64,000 nucleotides of DNA from Adineta vaga (Eukaryota > Animalia > Rotifera): positions 4,774,001 to 4,838,000 of the forward strand of contig CP075494.1 of NCBI GenBank assembly GCA_021613535.1. Direction: 5' to 3'. The position numbers were made by a program, and so were the translations under genes. Below the pieces are notes generated by a model, which had not been told where the DNA came from, searched no databases, and was given only the letters and a program-made list of their open reading frames with translations. Below, piece by piece: positions 26,270 to 37,314 of this stretch (positions are counted from its first letter, which is position 1; the number at the start of each line of letters is the position of its first letter).

Positions 26270-26817
26270 TGTGTTTTTCGAAAAAGGTGAATTTTATGAA
26301 AATCTAAAATCAAGAAAAGGAAAGGAATACTTGAGTTTATTCGCAATAGAAAATACTCGATGTAACCAATTTTTATACAAAAAAAAAGTATAATCAATCC
26401 ACCTGTATACTCAATAAAACAAAATAATTAAGTTCGGCCTTATAGTATGAGGTCGATCATCCATCACCTCATGGTTTTTTTAAGTACACAAGTATACGAA
26501 TACACAAATTTTAAAAGTAAGATTGATTTCGAAGAAAGCAAAAAGTGGACTAGTTCTGAATATTCTTCATTTCTTTGTTAAAAGATAATCAAATTAGATC
26601 ACTATTAATGGAAATGTTGATGTTAAAATGCATCTGCCTTGTCCTTTCATCAGTACGCGTACCTTTAGCAAAACAAAAACCTTTCACTCACCTCTGTCTT
26701 TTGTTGAAATATATATATATATATATAGGCAATCATCGATACTATACTCGTGATTGTTCTTTGGCATATGTAACTAATTGTAGATACGATTTTTATTAAA
26801 TAAGTCAAAAGAAAAAT

Positions 26818-27681
26818 TTAGTCTACATAACATTTGATAATTGTCTGTTTATCGATTGTTTGAAAATGATTTGGACTTTGAAATTGTTTTTTTACATAAT
26901 CAATTAAATCATTCATTTGTTGATCATTCATATTTTCATGAGAAAACAATGTCCATACTCGATTTTCAATAAGATAAATCCAATCTTCTGCTTTGATACT
27001 ATTTGACGGATATTCAAATGTAAATGTTTCTTCTTCAATTCGTTTAAAACCTGCTTGTTTTAATTCATCAAATAATGTTACAAGATTATTTCCTTGTCGA
27101 AATAGATTTTCTGTTCGTTCATCAAATGGAAAGATTTTTTCATGAACTGGACCACGAATAATTAAAAGTCTTCCTTTTTTCGATACAAGTTGTTTATAAA
27201 AACCTTCGAAAGCAGTTAATCGTTGTTCTGATGTTAATAAATGAATCATTGATTTCAAAAATATTCGATCATACGACGAATATTCATTCGATTGACTAAA
27301 TTGAACTGCATCCTTACATACAGCTTCAATATTTGGATTAAAATTTGATTCTTTTTCAAATATATCCAACATACCTTGTGAAGGATCTACTCCTGGAAGT
27401 AGAAAGTATTAAATGAATCCTTCGATCAGATAAGATGACTTGCCTATTATTCGTATCCGATTTTTCATTTTATTCAATATGATTAACGATTCTGTACCTG
27501 GACCGCAACCCATATCAACTAAGATATGATCTGGTTGAAGTTCTAATGCATTGAAGATTATTGATGAAATCCATTCATTATATAATGGTGAATTGAACAG
27601 TGTATTAATATATTTCGACACAATTGTTGGTGTAAAATATTCTCTTTGTTGAGATTGCGATTCATTCTTACAAGAAGACAT
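26818..27681 (-). CDS. Class I SAM-dependent methyltransferase; exons 27681-27444, 27392-26818 (GC-AG intron)
   Basis: Motif I LVDMGCGPG. IIG|VDPSQGML restored by intron 27443-27393. Later motifs YDRIFLKSMIH and KGRLLII. Confidence 0.85.
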
Positions 27682-27892
27682 TGCATATGAAAATGAGACA
27701 AAAAAACATATATATATATATTGTTTATTTTTCTTTAGACGAACGAAATTCAAACTTATCATTATAACAGAACAAAGGAGAAATAAACATAAAGACTAAG
27801 TCAGCGTCATATCACGTCATCTATTGACTTTAACTATCAGAATCTTTTTGAAAACCTTTGTTTATATTCTAGGATGAACCCTTTACGGTTGT

Positions 27893-28416
27893 TTAAATAC
27901 ATTGATAAACAGTGACACCTGTCCAACAGCCAGTTAAAAGTTTACCATTAGAATAATGCCAAGTATGAAATTCTTTTCTTAGGACGAAAAATTGATTGAT
28001 CAAAATAGGATAAGTTTTAATATCGCTGATTTGAAACATTGTAACATTTGAATCACGAAGATAATTCACAGCATCAGTTGTCATAGCAGCTGGAACTGTA
28101 CCTTTATACACTGTTGTTCCAAGTGGAAAAGCTAAAAGAAACGAAAAAATATCGTCATATCAATAAACGCGAGTTTGTATTACCAGGATTATCAAATGGA
28201 CATTTGACTCCTTCACCCCAAGGTCCATTATAATCTTGAGAAGTTAATTTTGCATTGTAATCTAATTGAAACGCGAATATTCTATTTCAGTCAAGTGATT
28301 ATGATGATCATCTATATACCTTCGTTATCTCTAGGATATTCAGCTGATGTATCAATCAACAAAATGAAAGTTGATAAAACTAAACAATATAAAATTGTAT
28401 TCATCATCATCATCAT
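27893..28416 (-). CDS. Small secreted protein of unknown function (about 137 aa); exons 28416-28320, 28261-28184, 28131-27893
   Basis: Signal peptide MMMMMNTILYCLVLSTFILLIDTSA. GT-AG introns of 58 and 52 bp give 414 nt in frame; 3 Cys in the mature region. Confidence 0.75.
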
Positions 28417-29954
28417 TTGATGTTTTTTCTTGCTAAAAACAAAATTTCAAATAAAATTCGCTCTTCTATCTGAGAGAACAATGCAATGGGATATCGACCA
28501 GATGTTATTCGAAAAGAACGTTTTACTTCTAAAAAAATCATTCTGATATTTATTATTGTGTTTTTAGACTATTGTGTATGGCCCTCTCATAGAAAGAACA
28601 TCGAGTTGCACGATTTATTAAAAAAAAACATTATCGGTGATTTCCAGAAAAGAATGAAATTCGGATCGAGATATCATTTACTTGTATAATGATATAACTA
28701 ATAGCAATATTAAAAATGAAGAAAATTGACTTGTTGTTTTCTCGGCTCATTATTTATAGAATAGCGTCAACTTGACTAACTCAATAACTTTTGCTGTAAG
28801 CCATCAGAAAATACTGACGCAAAGTCCGTTTTGTCATATAAAAATAAATTTGTTAGTATTACTATTCTTTCATTAAAAATCTTAATGGTGTAGATGAGAG
28901 ATATAGGCGCATTAGTACCCATTCTAACTAGTTCATTCTTGCTCGAGAAGACTTCCAAATTGACATAAGAACGTCTCTCTTACATTGCGACACACATGCA
29001 TAGAAAAATTGGATGAATTATTCACCTAAAAAACAACCATTCAAAGATGATATCCTTATTGGAGAATCTTTAGACGTACAAGAATCTGATCGTTTGAATA
29101 AAACACAAAAAGAATTCAAACAATTACCCACTCTATTATTGCGTGATCTCCTTTATCAACGTATTTTGATGTTGTTTTTTATTTAATATTAATATGCAAA
29201 ATTGAAATAAAATACGTGTGACAAGCTATTGTTTTCATTTGAATAATGTCCGCTTCTGATGAATATCTATCAACTAAAAAGGTTGAGATTTATTAACAAG
29301 CAAGAAACAAATGCGGTATGGCAAGAATGAAAATCAGTTTTTCGTCCGTTTTCATTGTCTCGGGTTCGATCATTGGAAAAAATAAATGCTTGCATGAATG
29401 CATTCATCACCTCATCTATTAATATGTTATGTTTGTTGTGCAAACAAACAGATGACTGAGAAGCAAAAGATTTATAACTAATCATGTACAACAAAGAATT
29501 AATTAAAGAAATCATCATTGACAAATGCAAACGTTTCACTAGTTTTGTTTGCATGACATTTTTTTCTGTAAAAGCATTTACAAAAATCTATATTGGTGAT
29601 GCAGTTTCATCTATGATCGTACATATTTGGAGGAGTGAACGAAACGAAAGATAAATATTACCTAGATCATGAAAAATAGAATACTAACCAAACTTTCTAG
29701 CTGGAAAAGAAAGCATTCAGTAAAAGAAATGAATATATATGATTAATCGATCAAATTTCTTCCTTTGGATCTTTTTTCGTTCTGCATTTTTATTTTATTC
29801 GATCGAGGTAATTCACATCCAGGCTATTAATTGTTCTATGAATCTATGTCGAATCAACTTATCGTATTCATTCAACTAGATACTATTCGAACAAAGAACA
29901 AACAAAAAACATGATATCATTTCACTTATATCATCATCTTTCGATGCATATCCA

Positions 29955-29990
29955 GTCACGTGTGTCTTTTGTTCTCCACACACTATATAA
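29955..29990 (+). promoter_or_regulatory. E-box (GTCACGTG) plus TATA box of the diapausin-like gene, mirrored in the right arm
   Basis: GTCACGTG at 29955-62, TATATAA at 29984-90. Probable 5'UTR intron about 30028-30092. Confidence 0.55.
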
Positions 29991-30155
29991 GCCGATCATT
30001 TAGACTAAATTCAACATTCATTCGAAGGTATATTTCACTCTCTACTCGTCTTATTCATCGTTTACTGACCCATCTTTGCTTTTCTTTTTTAGTTAATCTA
30101 CAACATTCACATATTCTCTAACTCTCTCTTAATTAATTAATTAATTATTCAAATT

Positions 30156-30400
30156 ATGTTTCGTTTCTTGTATATGTTAGTTCTTTTGGCTATCAGTAAG
30201 TATATTCTTTTTCTTGAATCGAACGTTGCCAAATGAAGAAATGTATTGTTTGTATTTTAGTTGTCAGCCTTGGCTTTGCTGCAAAACGTTTTGCCGTCTG
30301 TGATCCACCATGTCAAACAAATGGTCATGTTCCAACATGTTGTAATTCGCATGGTTATAGTGATGGTTTTTGCAGAAGTGGATCAGCTTATTGCAACTGA
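30156..30400 (+). CDS. Diapausin-like secreted 6-Cys antimicrobial peptide, copy 1 (59 aa); exons 30156-30195, 30261-30400
   Basis: MFRFLYMLVLLAIIVSLGFA-AKRFAVCDPPCQTNGHVPTCCNSHGYSDGFCRSGSAYCN. 65-bp GTAAGT..TTTTAG phase-1 intron. CD-x2-C-x8-CC-x2-HG-x5-C-x2-G-x2-YCN pattern. Confidence 0.88.
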
Positions 30401-31249
30401 TCAATATTATCATGATTCATGAAGATATTCATTAATCTTTTTTTCTTTTTGTTCATGTGTAGTGTAATCAATACTTCGATTAATGTGTATAATTAGATGA
30501 TAGTCAAATATAAAACGTATTATTCAATATAATAAATCTATGATTAGAATCTAATTTCTTTTCTTCTCAAAATGACTTTTGAAATGATATGACGGAGATA
30601 GTAGAATATACAGAAGAACAGAGGACCTAAAGATAATATCTAAGCGTAATGTTGTATTGTACAGTTGTGAAGAATTAACTATATTTATCATTATTTACAC
30701 GATAAAAATAATTTTCAGAGGTTTGAGCATGGTCATTCGATGTTTATCGTATACAACATCAGACTGCAAGATCAACCAGTGAAGTGACAATAACTAGCAA
30801 AAGTACATTTGATAAGCCTTCATTTAAATTCATCTCGTGACTATAAACAATATAAATGTCTATATATCAGTCAGTTCTATCTGCATTTATATCAAATAAT
30901 TAAAATCTGCTGATGTGATGGTAGAATTAATTTCGGAAAATTAGAAAACATTATTCATAAAGACTTCATTCGATAAAAGTTGTTTCACATCGAATGTAGT
31001 AATTTTGTTCAATGGAACTCAACAATAACCTTAGTCTACAATTCAATCGTTTCTGAATCTAATTTCTTACGACAATAATGATCAAAAAATAAAAGTTTAT
31101 TTCTAATCATAGATTTATTATATTGAATAATACGTTTTATATTTGACTTTCATCTAATTATACACATTAATCGAAGTATTGATTACACTACACATTAACA
31201 AAAAGAAAAAAAGATTAATGAATGTCTTCATGGATCATGATAATATTGA

Positions 31250-31494
31250 TCAGTTGCAATAAGCTGATCCACTTCTGCAAAAACCATCACTATAACCATG
31301 CGAATTACAACATGTTGGAACATGACCATTTGTTTGACATGGTGGATCACAGACGGCAAAACGTTTTGCAGCAAAGCCAAGGCTGACAACTAAAATACAA
31401 ACAATACATTTCTTCATTTGGCAACGTTCGATTCAAGAAAAAGAATATACTTACTGATAGCCAAAAGAACTAACATATACAAGAAACGAAACAT
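31250..31494 (-). CDS. Diapausin-like peptide, copy 2 (identical CDS and intron)
   Basis: Exact reverse complement of 30156-30400. Confidence 0.88.
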
Positions 31495-32497
31495 AATTTG
31501 AATAATTAATTAATTAATTAAGAGAGAGTTAGAGAATATGTGAATGTTGTAGATTAACTAAAAAAGAAAAGCAAAGATGGGTCAGTAAACGATGAATAAG
31601 ACGAGTAGAGAGTGAAATATACCTTCGAATGAATGTTGAATTTAGTCTAAATGATCGGCTTATATAGTGTGTGGAGAACAAAAGACACACGTGACTGGAT
31701 ATGCATCGAAAGATGATGATATAAGTGAAATGATATCATGTTTTTTGTTTGTTCTTTGTTCGAATAGTATCTAGTTGATTCGACATAGATTCATAGAACA
31801 ATTAATAGCCTGGATGTGAATTACGTCGATCGAATCAGATGTTAAAAAAACAATATTTTGCTGTTGAACTCTATAATGCACTAATAGGTTGAAATATTTT
31901 CACATAATTATATTAATTTTAAAATTATTGAAATATGAAGAAAAAATTCATTTTTCTAGAAGATTAATGTATATTACGTGTTTTTCTATACTAAGATGTA
32001 ATTCATTATTATATCTGTGAATTGTATTAAATATATTCTAACAGCGTATTTGTTTTATTTCGAATATTTTGTAAAGAAGAAATCATACATTTTCTTAGCT
32101 TATGCTGTTCGAAAATAAGTAACGAAGAGATGTACTGTGAATTGAAAACAGATTTTTTTTCAGTCAAATGTTACGATAGAAGAAAAAAGAGAATTTGTTT
32201 TTGTCAACCGCAAAGTCTTTCTTCGATAACGAATGAAACTTTCTCTTATTCAAACAGTATGGATAAGACAAAAAAGTGCTTTTCATCCTTTCAGAACATA
32301 AAACTAATTGATTGAAGTATTCAGTGACGGTAGACAATAGTGAGACAGAGAAACTTTGTTTGTCGACGTTGAAATTAATTTCTCTTGAAGTTCGAATATT
32401 TATCCCCATTGTGACACTTTAGATGGAGTCAGTTTGTAGTTTTTTAGTATCCCTACCAGTTTCATGTTTAACTTTCAATAAGAATCTCTCTTTATAG

Positions 32498-34914
32498 ATG
32501 AAAAAACTTCAATCGAATTCTAAAAATAAACCATCATCGACTTCGACATCTCTTTCAAATACTTATACAACTGAACTCTATATTAATTCAGCTAAATCTA
32601 TATCTGAACAAATCCGAGATGATAAAAATGAATGTCGTTCGATTGTATCTGAATACGGTGTTGATCCAAATGAATTATTACATTTATTAGAACGATGGAC
32701 ACAACAATTGATTTTCGAATATAAACAACGTCGTGAACGTTTTAAACTTTTATTGAAAGAAAAATGGGAACGAGGAGAATTAAATAATATGAAATCGAAT
32801 GAAGAATCAAATCGTCGTCTTCTTCATGTTCATATACAAAAATTAAATGAATGGCAACAGATAGATCTTCCAAATATGAAACATCAATTCGATGATCTAA
32901 AACCAACAAGTAATATTAAAGACATAACAACGAAATCAATCGATAATTTATTAGAAATAATAGCCTCTATTGGTGTAATTCATCAGAATACGACAAATGT
33001 GACAACGATTAGTTCGTCATTAAATGAAACTATCGATCAATTAAAACGTATTAAAACAATCAATGAAAAAGAATATAATACAATATGTATAATTGGTCTT
33101 GAAAAAGCAGGAAAATCTTCATTTATAAATGCTCTTTTAGGATTTGAATTATTACCTTTTAGGTAAAAGTCTTTTTTTTCTCTTGACAATCAATATTTCT
33201 TTAAATCTCTAGAATTGAACGATGTACACAAATTCAAACCATTCTTAAACCACCATGCCGAGAAAATCCAACACTTTTCGCAACAATTGAATTTTATGAT
33301 TCGAATGAATTTTTATCATTGATTAATAAATTACCAAAGAAAAAAGATGAAACAAATAATGAATATGAAAAACGTGTAACATATATTCGACAAACTCAAC
33401 AAAATACTGTTACCAAAGATAAATTAAGAAAACATTATCAGACATCTGATGAAGCACAACGTCGAACGATTACCCGAGAATTACATGCATATATTGCTAA
33501 TGAAGTCTATCTTAATATCGTTAAACATGTGATTATTTATACAAATAAATTACCAGGTAAACAAATAAATCCTTTGTTTTTAAGAACTGAGATTCATAAA
33601 TGATGTTCGATTTAGGAGAGAATTATATTCTTCTTGATGTCCCAGGTTGTGATTCACCGATAGTCGAACATCGTACATCAGCGATCAATGCTGTACGAAA
33701 TTCTGATGCTTTCTTCTTTCTAACTGATGGTCAACGGCCAAGTTTAACAAATGATCAAATATATCTTCTCAACGAAATTCAAGATGGTCATTTCGATGGA
33801 ATGAAACGTGCATTTGGTATTATAACGAAACTTGATCTATGTCAAACACGTGCGAAATATCAGGAACATCGGACGAAAACACAAGCTGAACTTGAACAAA
33901 AAAATTTTCTTCATGAACATATCTTTACTGTTGCAGCAAATGTCAATTTACTTGAAGAAACAAAATCTGATTCGGCTCAATTAAGACAAATACAACAACA
34001 TATTGATCAATATGATTCATTATTAGATGGTTTTAATAAATGTAAACAAACACTAAGTAATTATATTGAATATGAATTACCACATACACGTTTTCGACAA
34101 GTTGTTGATATGGCTCAACAAAAGATTTCACGTTATGTACAAGATGCAATTAAAATTGGTCGTCAAATAATTCCATCTGATTCAGAAGAATCATTAGAGA
34201 ATTATATTAAAAGACTTAATATAGAAACATGGAATGACACTTTTGATAATGAACGTTATTTGCCTGTTCTTTCGAAAGCAGCCTGTTAGCAAAAAAGATA
34301 CATTAGCAATGAGAAGATATGATTGTACAAAAGATTTAGTTTTGTATTTTCAAGATCAATTTCAAATACGTACCGAAGAGATTATCAAAGAAAATCATTT
34401 AATCGAAAAAGATATGCTAGAACGACATGATATAGCTGTATTTCAAATGAATCCATATGATATTGAAGCACAAGAACGTGAGAAAATTGTCAAACATATG
34501 CTTCAAGTTGTGCAACATACATCTCAAGCATTAGCCAATTACATGTACGAGAAATATGTACAAGTATTAGAAAAAATTCTGAATGATATATGTCCAGAAC
34601 AAGGTGATCTTTTTCAGAGTAATCTAACTATTGAACAATGCGAAATTGAAGTAAGAACACTTGTATTACGTGTAACTCATTCTGTTATAATGGCGACAAT
34701 TCGTTGGCCACATATTTATAGAGACAATCGCATTGCAGCAGCTGAAGAGTTAGCACGAATTGCACCAACAATAGCCTATAACGTATATGAAAATAGTCAA
34801 CAAGAACCAAATAGCAACATAGACAATTTAGGAAAAACTATCGGAGTCATTTTTGAAACAATTATGGTAAACAATATATCAAATGGTATTTTAATGGCAC
34901 TTTTTCGACGTTAG
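32498..34914 (+). CDS. Dynamin-like large GTPase; introns 33163-33212 and 33557-33615; TAG plus frame change at 34287-34296 (pseudogene, or rescued by an intron)
   Basis: G1 GLEKAGKSSFINALLG, G2 ERCT, G3 DVPG, G4 TKLD, with helical N- and C-terminal regions. Confidence 0.75.
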
Positions 34915-35302
34915 ACACTTTTTTTTAAAAAGAAATACATTAGGTTATAGATCCGTGTGATTTATTTAGTATATTAGAAACCTTTTTTTTTCTCTCAGAA
35001 TATATTTATCAAAAAACTATGACGATAGTCCACGATGCCCTATTTAATAGTTTCTCTTATCTAAAAGAAAGACATTTGTTTCACAATAGATTTTGTATCT
35101 ATTAACATAATCGTATAGGTGGAAAAGCTTCAGTTCTTATCGTTAAGTGAATAATTTTATATTTAGTTGAATGCTTTTGTCGTTTCATGTTGTTTGTCAT
35201 TAGTTTTTACTGATATATGAAGTTCTGTTTTCTCATAAACGCGATAAGGTAATGATTTTCATCTAATTTCTATTTTTTCAAAAGAGTTTAAGTTGAAAGA
35301 CA

Positions 35303-37168
35303 ATGAATCGATTTGAAGTAATGGACCAGTTTGTCGACGTTCAAAGTGATTTAACAGATTTGATGTGTAATGAATATATGAAAAATCATCCACAACAATA
35401 GAATCAAAATGTTTATATTCAAACTGAACAGATGACAAATGATTGTCGAGATCTATTTAGAAGAATAGTAGAAAACGACTGTCAATTAAATTTCAATGAG
35501 AGGAGAATTGATCAAATAGAACATGAAGTTACTGCTGCTACTTCTACTACTACTGTATTCAACGATACAGTAGAAGTAAATCCTCGTGTCGTGGAAATCG
35601 ATCATTATGAACTACAAAAATTAACGAACATCAGTAGTATTGATTCCATTAAGATGAAAGTAAGTCCTATTGAAGGATATACTAATGAGCCGTTGTTGCC
35701 ATTGTCTAAAGCATGTGCTCCACTGAATAATATCCTTCATAATTTATCGTTCTATGTTCAGCAAGCAATGGATGAAACGTTGGAGCAACCTGCCGATGAA
35801 TTGACAGTGGATGAGAGTGCTGCAATTCGATTATATACATTGGAATGGGAACGACCGTATCGAAGTCTTTATTCAATGCTTAATTTTCATTTAAAAGAAA
35901 GTCACTATTCAGATCTCGAACCATATTTTAAATATTTAAAATTATTTTTAACTGCCCTTGTTAAATTATCATCTGTTCTATCAATGACTATCTGGCGAGG
36001 AGTAACGAAAAATTTAAGTGCAGATTTTCCATCTTGTACTCAAGTAACATGGTGGGCATTTTCCTCGTGTACAACGGAGATGACTGTTCTGGAGAATAAT
36101 ATGTTTTTGGGTAATACCGGTGATCGAACATTGTTTTCTGTCGAAGCTATCAATGGTCGAACTATAGTTGCTCATTCACATTTTGTTACTGAAGATGAAA
36201 TTCTTCTTTTACCTGGTACTCAAATGATAGTTCAATCTCAATTCAGTCCAGCACCCGATCTTCATATCATTCATTTGAGACAAGCGATACCAAATCAAGT
36301 ACTATTAGAACTTCCGTTCGAAGGTACTCCTATACTTTTCCATTCAATATATGCTACATTGTTCTTCTAAGTTTATTTAGGTGCACGCATCTGTATCCAA
36401 AAGTACAGTAAGTAAAATCTTCTTCTTTGAACTATATGTGTTTCGTTTAATTATATCAGACGTCAATGGTATCGTAAGAAAATATTCATTATTCCAATGT
36501 GCTTTTTCATCTTGTTACTCATTGGAGGTATCATAACAAGTTCTATTTTAGGGACAAGATCGAAAATGACTTCGAAAGGTAACATGCTTCACATGAAAAC
36601 ATATATATTATATCTGTTTTGGTGTCCGTGTGTAACAATCCGTTTAAAGCACCAACTTTCTATAAAGGCTGGGACAGATCCCAAATCAATAACAATCGGC
36701 CACTTTCGCAACAACAAACAATTAGATATTGTTGTGACAAACAGTTTGGATTACACTGTAGCGATGATTTTGAACACGGGAGACGGGACATTTCAGAATC
36801 CAGGAAGTATTCCCGTTGGCAGAGATCCATGTTTCGTCGTATCAAGTGATTTTAATAATGATAAAAATTTAGATCTAATAGTAACCAATAGCTTGGACAA
36901 TACTATCAGTTTATTTCTTGGAATTGGAAATGGTTTGTTTGAAACTCCGGTAGCGTATATAGTAGGTCGAGCTCCAGTTTATATAATATCTGATGATTTT
37001 AATAATGATAAAAATCTAGATTTAGTCGTGGCTAATCGAGATGACAGCACTATCAGTGTGCTTTTTGGTTATGGCAATGGGACCTTTCAAATTGGTTTAG
37101 AATATGGAACAGGATCATCTCCGTTCTATCTTACATCTGGCCATCTTGTAGCTTTTTCTCAACATTGA
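35303..37168 (+). pseudogene. Disrupted ART - transmembrane - FG-GAP/VCBS repeat gene
   Basis: ART motifs IWRGV / FSSCT / TEDEILLLPG, a TM (IFIIPMCFFILLLIGGII) and FG-GAP repeats DFNNDKNLDLIV. In-frame TAG 35399-35401, apparent lost AG acceptor near 36620, frameshift near 36665, repeat array ends abruptly. Confidence 0.75.
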
Positions 37169-37314
37169 CATACAGTAAAATTATCTTACATCAAATGCAA
37201 GAAAACAATCGAACAGTATAATACAAGCAGAAGATTTTAATCATAAAATAAAAAGTTATATAAATGAAGAAAAAAATAGAGTAACCACAAAATATTATAA
37301 CATTCATTAAAATG

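Larger units (their letters stand above)
29797..31835. repeat. Large inverted repeat (palindrome): arms 29797-30549 and 31101-31835, spacer 551 bp
   Basis: By manual comparison the arms are reverse complements differing by 5 substitutions and one 18-bp indel. Confidence 0.97.

Noticed and set aside
28945-29720. Coding-like relics (e.g. QPFKDDILIGESLDVQ...LLLRDLLYQR)
   Set aside because: Short and interrupted; no family can be supported without a search.
29797-31835. Palindrome arms as TIRs of a foldback transposon
   Set aside because: The arms are a host-type gene, and no transposase or clear TSD is visible.
32164-32460. Minus-strand 81-aa ORF upstream of the dynamin-like gene
   Set aside because: No recognisable motif or splice support.
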